Assembly (NCBI RefSeq): GCF_964355755.1
Contig: NC_092676.1
Span: 10,269,888 to 10,333,887, forward strand
Origin: Antedon mediterranea
Lineage: Eukaryota > Animalia > Echinodermata
Direction: 5' to 3'
DNA length: 64,000 nt
Shown here: positions 1 to 12,769 of the stretch, piece by piece
Layout of the letters: each line of letters starts with the position of its first letter
Numbering within the stretch: position 1 is the first letter of the stretch
Notes under the pieces: model-generated
Seen by the model: only the letters and a program-made list of their open reading frames with translations
Database searches by the model: none
What the model was told of the DNA's origin: nothing
Translations under genes and position numbers: made by a program

Positions 1-139
1 GGTAACCGATACTGAGCATTGCCATTAAACTGTTGATCAAACCTACATAATACATTATACTAAATTATTATTTTGTTTTGAGGGCAGATAAACATGTGAT
101 ATGCAATATAGAATGTATACATTTGCCTTCGTGCCATTC

Positions 140-366
140 ATTATACTGTGCTTATTATACTGTGCTTATTATACTGTGCTTATTATACTGTGCTTATTAT
201 ACTGTGCTTATTATACTGTGCTTATTATACTGTGCTTATTATACTGTGCTTATTATACTGTGCTTATTATACTGTGCTTATTATACTGTGCTTATTATAC
301 TGTGCTTATTATACTGTGCTTATTATACTGTGCTTATTATACTGTGCTTATTATACTGTGCTTATT
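140..366. repeat. 14-bp minisatellite (TTATACTGTGCTTA)n, about 16 copies
   Basis: Perfect tandem units read directly; ORFs in all three frames show a 14-aa period. Confidence 0.95.
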
Positions 367-1856
367 CATTTTCATTTTTTCAGGTGAATAGAAAGTTACC
401 CAGCGTACTTTATATAGATGCTACTTGGATCATGCTTGCACGATACATATGCAGTATACTAAGACACCAAGTATAGAATGAGTGCAGACAATTAAAATTA
501 AAGAACTAAATCTTTATGAAGAATAGTAAAATATGCATAATAGACTGCTTTAGGCGTGAATGCTATGGTTACAGTTATACTGTAACTATGCTAATGTACT
601 ACCAGACAGTACACTAGTAGCAGTGCATCATAGTGTTTAATGTTTTTAATCATCTAAATGGGTCTGGGTATATAAACAATAAATGACTAAACTGTACTAC
701 GTACAATGGACATTTAATGAAAGAATCCATCACTTGAATATGATGATGAGCTGGCTGGTGTTGATAGAATTAAAATGTATCACTCAGGTCTCAAAAGTAA
801 TTTATGTCCCGTTTGAAAAATCACGCTTGTTCCAAACTCATTTTGATACATTTGTTCAATAAAATTCATTCCACACACTATTTCTGCCATTGTTGATAAT
901 TTTATTACTAGTACTATTACAGTTTTTCAAAGCCACCTCATGTACTGTTGATTCCATAAATCTGCAAAGAAAAGACCAATAAATGGGATAGAAATGTACT
1001 ATTATTTTTATTGAATCCTAACCTATAGTATTATATTTTATGACTTGGTAACAAACACAGAAAGAGGTTATTATTTAATTACAGTACTAACTAAACTATA
1101 ATAATCCTCTCTGCCTCACCTCTGCTCTACTTTAATTATTATTATATTACTATATTAGTCAATAACAAAAGTCAGAGTTAAAAAAGAACTTACCTTTTTT
1201 ATTTCCGTCGCCTTTTACATACGTCTACGCGCGTGCCTTGTCCACTTCCTGGAGGTTCGACTACTACTCTCTTGTACACTGTCTAGGCCTAGCTAGGCCT
1301 AGTACTAGCGAATTTAGAAGAAACTATAGTAGTCTACTAGACCTAGCCTACTTTGTAGTCTGCGCGAGTGGTTAGTGTGATATGTACAAATACACTCTTT
1401 CTTCTTTTCACATACAATCTTTGCAGACACAGCTTTTTATTTATTTGTGAAATATCGATATTTTCTACGACTGCATCAATACGGAGCTTGCAACACGTGA
1501 GTCTCTCGTGTATAATGGGTTTGTTTATTTTGTTTGCACGCAGTGTCCGCGAACAAAACAAGATGGTGATTGGCCTGTATTAAAATTTATTAACCAATCA
1601 CAAAACGACTGCTGCCGTGGCTACAACCTCGGGTGTTTCAAACTTTAAACTTGACGATCTCGTACGTGCGTATAGAACGTTCATAAAAATTAAGATGGCG
1701 TGCCAGTTGGTCGGCCATTTTGCGGACGTTTTATATCAAAATTTAATTTGTTTATTTCTAAAGTTCTACTAGGTATTTGAATCTAATTTTTTGTGTGTTG
1801 TTTATTAACATTAAAAGGATTCATACAAAGTCATTTTTTTTTTTTTTTTTTTTTTT

Positions 1857-3075
1857 CATTGTCTCTTCTATTGCACCATGTAACGCTGTTTCTCCATCTG
1901 TGATGAATCCAAACCCATCTTCAAGACCAGAACAGTTTCCATTGACAGCAGATGCTATTTTTCTGTAAGTTGCTCTGTCCTTACTGCTATGAATAGCAGT
2001 TGGGCCTAGAAAAACTGGTGCTTTTTCGGTTCTCTTATAGTTACCAACATAAGATGTTTATGTGTATGGCGTTACTTCGTATTTTCCGAAACTGTATGTC
2101 TGATCAACATTGAAAGGATGACTAAGCCCTTCTGTTTGGGAAGGTCTTGGCACATATGTGGCTTACCCAAAACTATTGGCTCTTCTTTATGCTTCGAGTA
2201 TAATAGGAGATTGTCCAAACGAGTATATAGGAGATTGTCCAAACGAGTATAATAGGAGATTGTCCAAACGAGTATAATAGGAGATTGTCCAAACTTTCAT
2301 AATTTAGTGATTTATTCTACTTTATATTGTGGAGTTGTTTTTGTAATCTTAAGATAAGATAACTTTTAATTCATTGCTCGTCATAATAAAAAAAAACAAA
2401 GAAAACACAATAAATACAAATATAGCATATAACCATTCATATAAAAACATCTAAAAAAATACAAGATAATATTATCGTCTTGACTTCCTGTTGTACTGGA
2501 TGATACCGGAGGGAATAAAGGATTTGGCATATCGATTTTTCTTGGTAGTTTACCAACATTTTTAGAATTGTGTAAACCTCCAAAGTCGTCAAACACCTTC
2601 TTAAATGCAACTAACACAGACTTAGTAGACACTTCCTTCTTCAAAGCTTCCATTGTAGTTTTTTGGGTTGGATAGTAGTGTGTTCTCCCATGCTTCCTAT
2701 TTCCATGAGCCTCGACAGTAAACTCTACTGGATCGTTGTTGTCATTACATGTATTGTACTGTAATATACAGGTTTTGTTCACTATATCATTACTAATTCC
2801 TTTAGTTAGATAAAGAAAATGGAGCGACATAAGCAATGGCAATTTTCATTTTGGAATTCTACTTTCTTTTTTCTCTCCAGTGATGTTTATTGTCCATATA
2901 CATACTGTAGACGTAGCACATTGCGATATACACCATTCATGTCATTTTTTATGTCCTCCCAGTTCTTGTATCTCAATACATCAATTAAGAAACTCACGTT
3001 TCTTCTTAATCTCAGTGGTGTCTTTGTACATTTATTATGCTTACTATGTCGTAGTGTTGTAACTGCCTCAGCCAC
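1857..3075 (-). pseudogene. Degenerate Mutator-like (MULE) DDE transposase
   Basis: Manual translation across frameshifts: HGNRKHG..YYPTQKTT..GGL..LPR (2381-2842 ORF), then FNVDQTYSFGKYEVTPYT/KHLML..PVFLGPTAIHSSKDRATY..FITDGETAL (about 2140-1860). The VDxT and TDGE motifs match the first two catalytic Asp; stops and frameshifts present. Confidence 0.75.
2196..2294. repeat. 25-bp tandem repeat (GAGTATAATAGGAGATTGTCCAAAC) x4 inside the MULE remnant
   Basis: Read directly; one copy has a 1-nt deletion. Confidence 0.9.
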
Positions 3076-3986
3076 AGTGTATCGTAGATGCCTAAATCGT
3101 TCAACTATTGGTAATTCTCAGTAGGAATCACATCCTACACTAATAATAAATAAACAGTATTATTGTACGATGCTATATAAATTATTTATTTTAAGGCTAT
3201 ACCTATTGGGATATGACCGGTTGGGCCACCGACAAGTTGAGCCGCCGCTAGTTTCTATGAAACGCCTAACGCGTCTTTTACTATATTCTGTGTAATGATT
3301 ACGCCGTCAAGTAGTAGGCCTACAGTAAAAGTACGACCTGTTGGCGTTTTTTAAAATGCAAATACAAACAACAACAAAGTATACGTATAACATTTTATTG
3401 TTTTTCAAGTTTTTAACAGTTAATCTAATACAATCAAAATATATACAGTCGACTCCGCCTAAATCGAATCTAAGGGGACTGGTATAAAAATTTGAGTTAT
3501 GCGAACTTCGACTTACAGATTTGTAAAAAAAATGCTAGCCCTAGGCCCACTTACTAGCTGCGCTACGGCTAGTAGACCCTGTCGCGATCGCGGCCCACAC
3601 GATGAGCCTTCTTGAATTGCGTTTGCTTAGCTAGCTAGGCCTAATAAATGCTAAGCCTCTTTCATCGGCAATGACAAACTCTATTTTCTTTATTGTTTAA
3701 GCCACAACAATAAAAAAAACGTATAATACAGTAGAACCTTCATTTTACGTACGGTACGGGACCGAAAGGCGTACGTAAAACCAAGGTTGACCTTAAATTG
3801 ACCCCAAATACGTAGAGATCGTAGCTACTGTAAGGCTACCGTGTTTGCCTACTTTACTGTACAGCATGCAGGTGGTCACTAGCTAGGCCTGGCCAGGCTA
3901 GCAAGATGTGAGGCCTAACTCAAAAAGTACAGTATATACAGGCTGTGCGATGTTTAAATAAAGTGTAAATTAAAATATCAATGTTC

Positions 3987-5735
3987 GGGTGTGTAGAAAG
4001 CGACGACCTCGAATTGGACGACCCCAACGACCCGGGCGACCTCGAATTGAACGACCTCGAATTGAACGACCCATAACACGAAACCGACGACCCCTATAGC
4101 CTAGGCCTAAGTGTGGTATAACATCCCGAAGCCGAACATAGCCAAAGATCAAAACTATACCTTATTATATAATACTCGCAAGCAAGCAATTGATTGAAAA
4201 AATACAGAAATATCGCCATTTGATACTGATTCTGTCGACACGAACAAACGAAAAGATATGGAACGCCAAGAGTGCATCATTAAAACTGCATTCGACATAT
4301 TTAAAATAAATTAAAAAGAAATAAATATTATACAATACATGGTTAAACCATGGACGTATAATTACATCTCGTCTTCTTATAACGAACACTATAGGCCTAC
4401 CAAGCAGCGTAACATGTGCATGGGGGGATATGACCGGTTGGGCCGCCAACAAGTTGATCCGCCGGTAATTTCTATGAAACGGCCAGTGCGTCTTTTACGA
4501 CATTTCGCCTAGTGATAGAGTGGTGTCCTAGTAGGCCCTACATAAGTTCATGGTCTTTAGGTTTATTGTGTCATGAAAATAAATAATAATTACATACTAC
4601 AATTTTGTTGGTTTGAAACAGCTAAGGAAAGTAGTCATATTTAATAATTTAATTGTTTTTAATCTTTCAGTGCAGTGCACTCCATAATATTTTTCTCGCG
4701 TGTTGCCTACCACGTAAAATCACGTTGTCTCTCAGGACTAATAGAGTATTGATATTCTTCGAATGAGGTTAAATAATTATTGTTTTTTATTTACTATCTT
4801 TTAATATCATATTTTATTGAATTTTACAATGTTAATACACAAAATATTTTCCAAAAAAACGGTGATTTTATGCAATTATTTTACTTCAACTGCCGCCTGA
4901 GGGGGCAACATGTTTACGTCATTTTTGGCTAAAAACGATCATTTTCGGTCATGTTTTAGGCCTTATATTTTGGAATCTACAAGTCAGATATTCATAATTA
5001 TTTCTCTTTAATTATAATATTTAATAATATATACTAAAAACCGTGATATATAAACTTTGGAATATACATCGTTATATCTAATAATTAATATAAATAGAAC
5101 TTCTATTAAATAGAAACGAGCACCGGCGAAAGTAAGCATTTGGCGTTTCATAGAAAATAACGTTTTTCTGGCGGCGCCTCAACTTGTCGGCGGCTCAACT
5201 TGGCCTAATCCTGCATGGGGAGGGCCATAAGAAAGCTTTACATTTCACACATGCATTGTATACGGTCAAACCATGGAGGTATAAAAATATTTTTACCAAA
5301 CCATGGAGCTGGTCAAACCATGGAGGTAAAATATACCTCCATGGTCAAACCTTACCTGCCGCTGAAAAAGGGGCCTGGTTTGCCATGTTTATGATATTTC
5401 GTGTGCTAATCGAGTCGAATGCAGTTTTAATGATGCACTCTTGGCGTTCCATATCTGTTCGTTTGTTCGTGTCGACACATTCAGTATCAAATGGCGATAT
5501 TTCTGTAGTTTTTCAATCAATTGCTTGCTTGCGAGTATTATATAAGGTATGGTTTAAAGATCTTTGGTTATGTTCGGCTTCGGGATGTTATACCATACTT
5601 AGGCCTAGGCTAGGCTAGGCTATTATAGGGGTCGTCGGTTTCGTGTTATGGGTCGTCCAATTCTAGGTCGTCCAATTCGAGGTCGCCCGGGTCGTTGGGG
5701 TCGTCCAATTCGAGGTCGTCGCTTTCTACACACCC
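3987..5735. mobile_element. Mutator/foldback-like non-autonomous element, about 310-bp TIRs, 10-bp TSD
   Basis: TIRs 3987-4296 and 5414-5735 (GGGTGTGTAGAAAGCGACGACC...). TSD ATCAATGTTC at 3977-3986 and 5736-5745. The empty site is visible in a paralogous host copy at about 51176-51230. Confidence 0.92.
4425..5211. mobile_element. MITE with imperfect GG-starting TIRs and 8-bp TSD (same TIR family as 3208)
   Basis: GGGATATGACCGGTTGGGCCGCCAACAAGTTGA ... TCAACTTGTCGGCGGCTCAACTTGGCCTAATCC; TSD TGCATGGG at 4417-4424 and 5212-5219. Confidence 0.9.
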
Positions 5736-6242
5736 ATCAATGTTCTTATATTTTCTATCAATAAAAACAGTCGGTGCTGTAGGGGAATGCATGTGTGTAG
5801 CTTGTCGATCTCACACAGACAGCAGAATTCCTCACACAGCCATTTTTATTATGCTTTGTTGTTGTTAAATTGCACCCTCAATGTAAGAAAATGATTACGT
5901 CATCGGTTATTTTAAGCGTACGTAAAATCCAGGGAACGTAAAACGAAGGTTCTACTGTAAATACATTTCGGTTCTTATTCGTAAACGGTATCCATTGTTT
6001 ATTGCCATCTGTCTAGCACAAAATACCTACAAAACGCCGTTCAATTTCTCAATGCTAAAACAACTCACAGATATACTAGCGCGAGTTATAGGATGCCGCC
6101 TGTGATACAACCTGCTTGAGAGAACCGATATGGTCCCACATCACTTGACCCGGAACAATTCCAAAATTTTAGACCTATCTCAAATTTACCTTTCCATGCC
6201 AGATTAATTGAGAAAGTTGTCTCCACACAGTTAATGCCATAC

Positions 6243-9200
6243 TAGTCCAGTCAAAATATGGTTGAACCTAGAACAAATTGCAACAGAATTTTTTTTTGTT
6301 TTATTTGGTTGATATGGTGAACATGAACATCATATCCAAAGTTTACCAAAATCGGACATCGGCAAGTGGGTTAATTAGCATAAATTCAAAATGGCCGCCA
6401 TTTGCTATTTTAAAGCCCCATATCTCCTTAACGGTTGGATTTAGACCACCTATATGCATTACGAGTAGATATAAATGTGATATTAAACATTCTAACTGGC
6501 ATATTTAAATTTCCATAGGACGTACCTATGACGTCATATGGTAGTTGTGACGTCATAAATTATGTTATAAATGTTTAAATGACATTATACTATGCGAACA
6601 ATTTAGAAACTGCAGAAAAACAAGTTTCCTAACATTCTCCTTGTTGAAATGAACATAATTTCCAAAGTTTACCAAAATCGGACGTCAGGAAGTGTCAGGC
6701 CTCGAATTTTACCGCGGCCAGTGCCGTCGGTGCCCTCCCAGTTGGCCTCAATGCCCTCGAAAATTAATAGCACCCACGGCCACTACTGGCCTGCCCTTTT
6801 TTTTGCGTTGGCCGTGAGTGCCCTTCCCGAGTTTTACCACAATAAAAACCACTGAAGTAGATAGAAAATAATGTCAAGAATATCGGACGAGACGCAAAAC
6901 TATCGCCTGTCTTCGTTGCAAGGGGATTTCCCTAAACGCATTTAGAGAAAACATCGAACATATTTATATAACCAAAACAATATCGTCCCGGCCGCCGTGC
7001 GTGGTAAATAATGGTATAGATTAAAATACAGGGGTGTACACTTTTAATAATAAAGCTAAAAACGTTCCTCGATCGGAGGTCACTGAAAGTATTAAAGTCG
7101 CACCACCCCCGCCTCAATAATCGAGCTAGCCGCCTTCGTTGAAAAAAAAATTACACGCACTCCTTGTCCTAGCCAGCCTATCCTCCCGCCGCCGATCCGA
7201 TCAACAAACACACGCGATTCAATACATTGGGAAAACAATTCCATTTGACGCACACGCACCCTCTGATAAGAAATTTCACACGACGTCGTCGTACGTGCGA
7301 GTACGAAGGATCGGTCGTTGGAAAAACAATTCCTTTTGACGTACACGCACCCTCTGATATGAAAATACCACGTGCGTTCCTGCATGGTGTAGTCCATTCC
7401 ATTATACGTGTAAAATTAGGGGTGTCAACTTTTAGTACTAAAGTTAAACCGGTACCTCAACCCGAAGATCGTTGGAAGTATATTATATTTATATTTTATC
7501 GCACCCACCTCAATAATCCAGCCGACAGATCATCGAAAAATCTTGTTTAACGACGTCGTACACTAAATTAACAAACGCGTTTTTACCGAACTCAAGGAAA
7601 TGGTATAGTCCACAATACACGTGCAGAAGGCTAAACAGAGAGAGAGAGGTCGGCGTCCGTCCGTCCGTGTTTTGAATTCTTATGAATATGGATTATACTA
7701 ACAAAAAAGCTTCAGAAATCGAAACTCGGAAAATAACAATAATTTATATTCTACAACATAATGTCATTGGCTTGATTTTTACCGTGGATAACACTCTGTG
7801 TATGAATAGTTGTAGTTAAGGCCTACAAACAAATTGTTTTTGTAACCTGTGTTCTCCGTCCGCTGCGCCTTTAGTGCTGCTAAGTGCTTGCTGTTGTTAG
7901 GGTCTTTACCCGTTGGGCCTGGCTTCACATGCCTTTTTTTGATCGCATTGTTTGAAACTAAACGAAACAACTGTGAACGCTAAACATCGTACCTTATTAT
8001 TATTTATATGGATCGTAAATACACGTAATATTTATATATAATGAAATACAAAAAGATGTAGACAGTCCTCTCCTACTACTACTACGCAATCTGATGAATA
8101 GGGGAAATTCCCCCAAAAATGTTTGCGGGTAGAATTTTTTTTTTTGAAAAAACTTCAACCCGGGCGCTCAACCGGAAACAAGCTATTTTTAAATTTTGGC
8201 CTATTTATTAAAATATTTTTTAATTTTGGCCTTGGTGCCCCTTCGATTTAAAACAAATGGCCTTGGTGCCCTCCCATTTGGCCTTGGTGCCCCTCAAATC
8301 AATGAAAACCGGAGGCCAAATGGCCTTGCCCCTAAAATCCCCAAATTCGAGGCCTGAAGTGTGTTCATTAGCATAAATTAAAAACGGCCGCTATTTACTA
8401 TATCATTTTGAAGCCCTATATCTCCTTAATGGTGGTTTTAGACCACCAAAGTGCATTGCGAGTAGATATAAATGTGACATTAAACTTCCCAATTAGCACA
8501 TTTAAATTACCATATGACGTAAATATGACGTCATAAGGTAGTTGTGACGTCATGTATTATGTTATAACTGCTTAAATGGCATTATCCCATGCTAAAAAAT
8601 GTAGAAACTGCAGGAAAACAATTTTCTAACAATTTCCTGTTGAAATGAACATGATATCCTAAGTTCACCAAAATCAGACTTCAAGAGGGTCAATTAGCAT
8701 AAATTCAAAATACCATTTTGAAGCCCTGTATCTCCTTAGCGGTTGGGTTTAGACAGCCTATGTGCATTACGAGTAGATATATATGTAAAAACCATTGAAA
8801 TTTCTCATTAAGTTTCCATTTACAAAATCTTATGAAAATAGATATTCTACAGAACCGTATGAAAGGTGATCATCAACTGTATTTCCGAAACTGATTTGTA
8901 CTCAAGCGCACATCTTGTTTTGTGTTTTCTAAAACTACATCTTTTAGAACTTTATCTCTTTAAATTGGTAAAGGAATAAAAAAAATATTTTAATGAGGCG
9001 ATTGATTGTGGGTCAGGCAATTCAAACCCATCATTCCCACAAACTCATCTCAATTGAAATGAAAATGATAAATGTCATACTGTAGTTTTCTGTATAGTCA
9101 GCATCTCCATTCTGCTCTTTCAAATTTGCTATTTCATTGCATCTGTTTGATGTCGATCATTTATGAGACAACAACTTTTTATGATGTTTTATATAATGTT

Positions 9201-10715
9201 TATCTTTTGAATGCTGTTTCCAAGATTCAATGAGCATATAACAAGGACACTTCATCCTAGTGTTAACTAGGATGAAGAACCATCAGTTAAAAGATACACA
9301 TCAACGGAATCCAAAAAGGGGTTGTTAAGGTAATACAGTAATTTTCAAACTTGCCACTACTAATTACAGTATTTTATTTTTCGACAAGACAGTATTCAAT
9401 TTCCTTGACAAAAAATGTCAGAAAAATGGAATAGAAACTTTGAATGCAGATGGGGATCTATTAAATATCTTACTTTGCCATAATAAAAAAAAGCGATTGC
9501 GTTTTAAGACAGAAGAAGCAAAAAATAGTGGAATAATTGGTACTTAAAGAAAACATCTTAAGGAGCAAATTTGCAACATCTTTGTAATGCTCTGCACTTG
9601 CAAAGAAACAGGGGTATGCATTCTATTCTAAGCAAGAACTGTTTGGTCCAAAATTTAAAAAGACATCAGAAAAGCCAATGAAGTATTTTGACGGCGCCAA
9701 CATTACATTTTCTATGTATGTACTTTGGATTGGAAACTTACTGTGATCCAACTCCATATTTAGGATGGGGTCGAATTATTAAATCCCAGACTCATTACTT
9801 AATTAAGAATCCTATTTCTTTAAATATATATGAGATATATGAGATATATATGCAGTTATAAAAAGTTGCAGTTGCAGAAAATTAACTGGAATGTTCTATT
9901 GCATGTTGTGAAGGGTGGCCGAATAACTTCTGATACCCATGATCTTAACCTGGATGTGGTAAATGTTCTACTATTTTCATGAGATTAAAAACATTTTTTT
10001 CTTTCGGTTTCTATATTTTCCCCTTAGAATAATGCCAATTGAGCATTATTGTGACAAAATACATGACGTCATATGTCTTATGACATCATAGGTACGTTAT
10101 ATGGCAATTTAAATATGCTAATTATAAAGTTTAATATCACATTTATATCTACTCTCAATGCACTTAGGTGGTCTAAAACCAAGCGTTAAGGAGATATGGA
10201 GCTTCAAAATGGTATGATAAATAGCGGCCATTTTGAATGTATGCTAATTAACCCACTTCCTGACGTCCGATTTTGGTAAACTTTGGAAATAATGTTCATT
10301 TTAACAAGGAGAATGTCAAGAAACATGTTTTCTTGCAGTCCCTAAATTGTTTGAATAGTATAATGTCATTTAAACAGTTATAACATAATATATGACGTCA
10401 CAACTACCATATGACGTCATAAGTACGTCATATGGAAATTTAAATATGCTAATTAGAATGTTTAATATCACATTTATATCTACTCGTAATGCACTTAGGT
10501 GGTCTAAATCCAACCGTTAGAGAGATATGAGGCTTCAAAATAGCAAATGGCGGCCATTTTGAATTTATGCTAATTAACCCACTTCCCGATGTCCGATTTT
10601 GGTAAACTTTGGATATGATATTCATTTGAACCATATTTACCAGACAAAACAAAAAAAAATTCTGTTGCAATTTGTTCTAGGTTCACCCTATTTTTGACTT
10701 ATCTTTACTGGACTA
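6243..10715. mobile_element. Academ-like non-autonomous DNA transposon with long repetitive TIRs and 3-bp TSD
   Basis: TAC|TAGTCCAGT ... ACTGGACTA|TAC. Several hundred bp of inverted repeat (6243-6695 plus 8357-8540 versus about 10060-10715). TAG termini with a 3-bp TSD fit Academ; removing it rejoins the LINE RT. Confidence 0.8.
6696..8356. mobile_element. hAT-like non-autonomous element with 6-bp TSD
   Basis: CAGGCCTCGAATTT ... AAATTCGAGGCCTG; TSD AAGTGT at 6690-6695 and 8357-8362; subterminal GGCCTTGGTGCCC repeats. The uninterrupted site is visible in the opposite Academ TIR. Confidence 0.88.
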
Positions 10716-12007
10716 TACCTTATTAATTTTAATTTGTTAGACCCATTCCAATCAGCATATAAAGAGGGTCACTGTACTGAAACAGCTCTTCTTAGGATAC
10801 TAAATGACATAAAAGTTGCTATGGACAGTAAGCAAGCAGTTGCCCTTGTAATGCTTGACCTATCTGCTGCCTTCGATACAGTTGACCACCAAATACTTCT
10901 TGATCGTCTTCATTCTTATTTTGGCATTTCTGGCTTTGTTTTGAACTGATTTATTTCATATCTTCAAAACCGTACACAATTCATTGAAATAAATGGTGTT
11001 AGATCGTCGCCTAAATATATGGAATGCGGAGTCCCTCAAGGATCCATCCTTGGCCCGATTCTTTTCTCTTTATACTGTACATATCTCCTTTATCCCAAAT
11101 TATCAAACGTCACTACATCTCTTATCATTTCTACGCTGATGATATTCAGTTGTATATTCCTTTTGATCCCCATAATCTACTTATTGTTATTGAACGCCTT
11201 GAGAATTGCCTTAAAGACATCCATACCTGGCTTTCGACCAATCCCCTCAAATTAAATGATAATAAATCTGACTACATCATTTTCTGTACTAATCATATTC
11301 GTACCAAAATAGCACCCCATTTTAATTTATTACTATTGGCTCATCACTCATACATCCGTCTCAATTAGTTACTAATCTTGGTATAAAATTTGACGAATCT
11401 CTAAACATGGCAGCACACATCAGTTATATTACTAAATCAGTAAACTGTTATCTTCGCAATATTGCACACATTCGACATTTTGCTTTCGATACGCTCCACA
11501 TCCTCTATCATTCATGGTTTTATCTCCTCTCGTCTTGATTATTGCAATTCTCTGTTCTATGCCCTTCCGAATTTTCAAATTAATCGTCTTCAACGACTAC
11601 AGAACTCGGCTGCTCGTATCATTACGTTTACTAACCGTCGCTCTCACATTTCACCTGTTCTTCGAGAACTTCACTGGCTCCCCATTGACAATCGAATCAA
11701 ATTTAAAATCTTGCTCCTTACTTTTAAAGCACTTCTTTTCAACCAACCTGCTCACATCCGTCAATTTTATGTTCCTGGACGAACTCTTAGATCATCTGAT
11801 GATTTTTTACTCTCACGCATAGCCACTAAAACCTTTGGTCATAGATTGTTTTCTTTTGCAGCACCCACACTCTGGAATTCACTCCCCCCACAAATTAAAC
11901 ACTACTCTTCTGTTGCCTTGTTTAAAAAATTGCTCAAAACTCATTTTTTCGACCACTAACATGCCCAGCGCCTTTGATTTTGTACCTCGGTCTTTGAATT
12001 GACGCTT

Positions 12008-12052
<45 letters not shown>
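12008..12052 (+). repeat. (AAT)n microsatellite, LINE 3' tail
   Basis: About 14 AAT units just after the LINE 3' UTR. Confidence 0.9.
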
Positions 12053-12297
12053 TATCACCTGTTGTTTGTTTATCAAATTACGTACATTTCATTGGCTTTT
12101 TTAGCGCGTTGTTGCTGCGTAATTTGTGATTTCGACTTATACGATATAAATCACTAAAGAATGTGTGTATTCGGACCGCAAAAAGACGTCGACTTAGACG
12201 AATTGGGACTTTCATTAAAATTTGACTTGCGCGAATACATACGTAATTACATATTGTAGGCCTACTTCATTTTGTTGTTTTTTTTCAAAGTAACGTA

Positions 12298-12347
12298 CAG
12301 TAGAACCTTTGTTTTACGTTCCCTGGATTAAAACGAAGGTTCTACTG
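12298..12347. mobile_element. 50-bp ultra-short Tigger-like element (TIRs only), TA-flanked
   Basis: TA|CAGTAGAACCTTTGTTTTACGTTCCCTGGATTAAAACGAAGGTTCTACTG|TA; same TIR as 3729-5957. Confidence 0.88.
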
Positions 12348-12769
12348 TATACAAGTTTATTGTTTTTACCAGTTAATCTAATACAATCAAATATATAAAA
12401 TGACATACTTAATGTACAATTTCGTTTTTTTATCATACCAAAGTAGCCTGTATACAATTTTTTTTTTAATCACAAGGTTCAAATAGTTAATCTACAATCA
12501 AATACATATTAACCTACAATTGTGTTGTTTTTATCATAGAAAATTGAATGTATACAAAGTTATTGTTTTTTATTATTCAAGGTTTAAACAGTTAATCTAC
12601 AATCAAATAGTTTTATAAGAATATATAATAAATATAATTACATAAAAGAAAACAAATATAATTATTCGTTAAATCATTCGTTTTATTTAGCCATGTACAT
12701 TCATGTTTAAAAGGTACTGTTGGTTTTATTTTGTTGAATATTTTATAAGGCGATGATGATGATGTCATC

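Larger units (their letters stand above)
3729..5957. mobile_element. Non-autonomous pogo/Tigger-like element with TA TSD
   Basis: TA|CAGTAGAACCTTCATTTTACGT ... ACGTAAAACGAAGGTTCTACTG|TA. Confidence 0.9.
6140..12055 (+). pseudogene. 5'-truncated L2/CR1-group LINE reverse transcriptase, split by the Academ-like insertion
   Basis: LDPEQFQNFRPISNLPF..LIEKVV (6140-6242) continues at 10716 as [59 protein letters not shown]. Short 3' UTR, then an (AAT)n tail. Confidence 0.92.
3446..12240. mobile_element. pogo/Tigger-like element, right end decayed
   Basis: TA|CAGTCGACTCCGCCTAAATCGAA left terminus with TTCGACTTA subterminal motifs; similar motifs recur at 12130-12230. Confidence 0.5.

Noticed and set aside
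78-476. Three overlapping ORFs with periodic Cys/Tyr/Leu sequence
   Set aside because: Artefact of a stop-free 14-bp tandem repeat
1834-1857. Poly-T run as the poly(A) tail of a retrocopied transposase
   Set aside because: It falls mid-domain and the remnant appears to keep intron-like sequence; more likely homopolymer expansion at a truncation
7092-7550. ORFs conserved between 7.1-7.5 kb and 13.4-14.0 kb as a duplicated gene
   Set aside because: Similarity is at DNA level within a TE interior, with indels and no recognisable protein motif
8900-9960. Coding remnants inside the Academ-like element
   Set aside because: Looks vaguely coding but is too degraded to assign any motif
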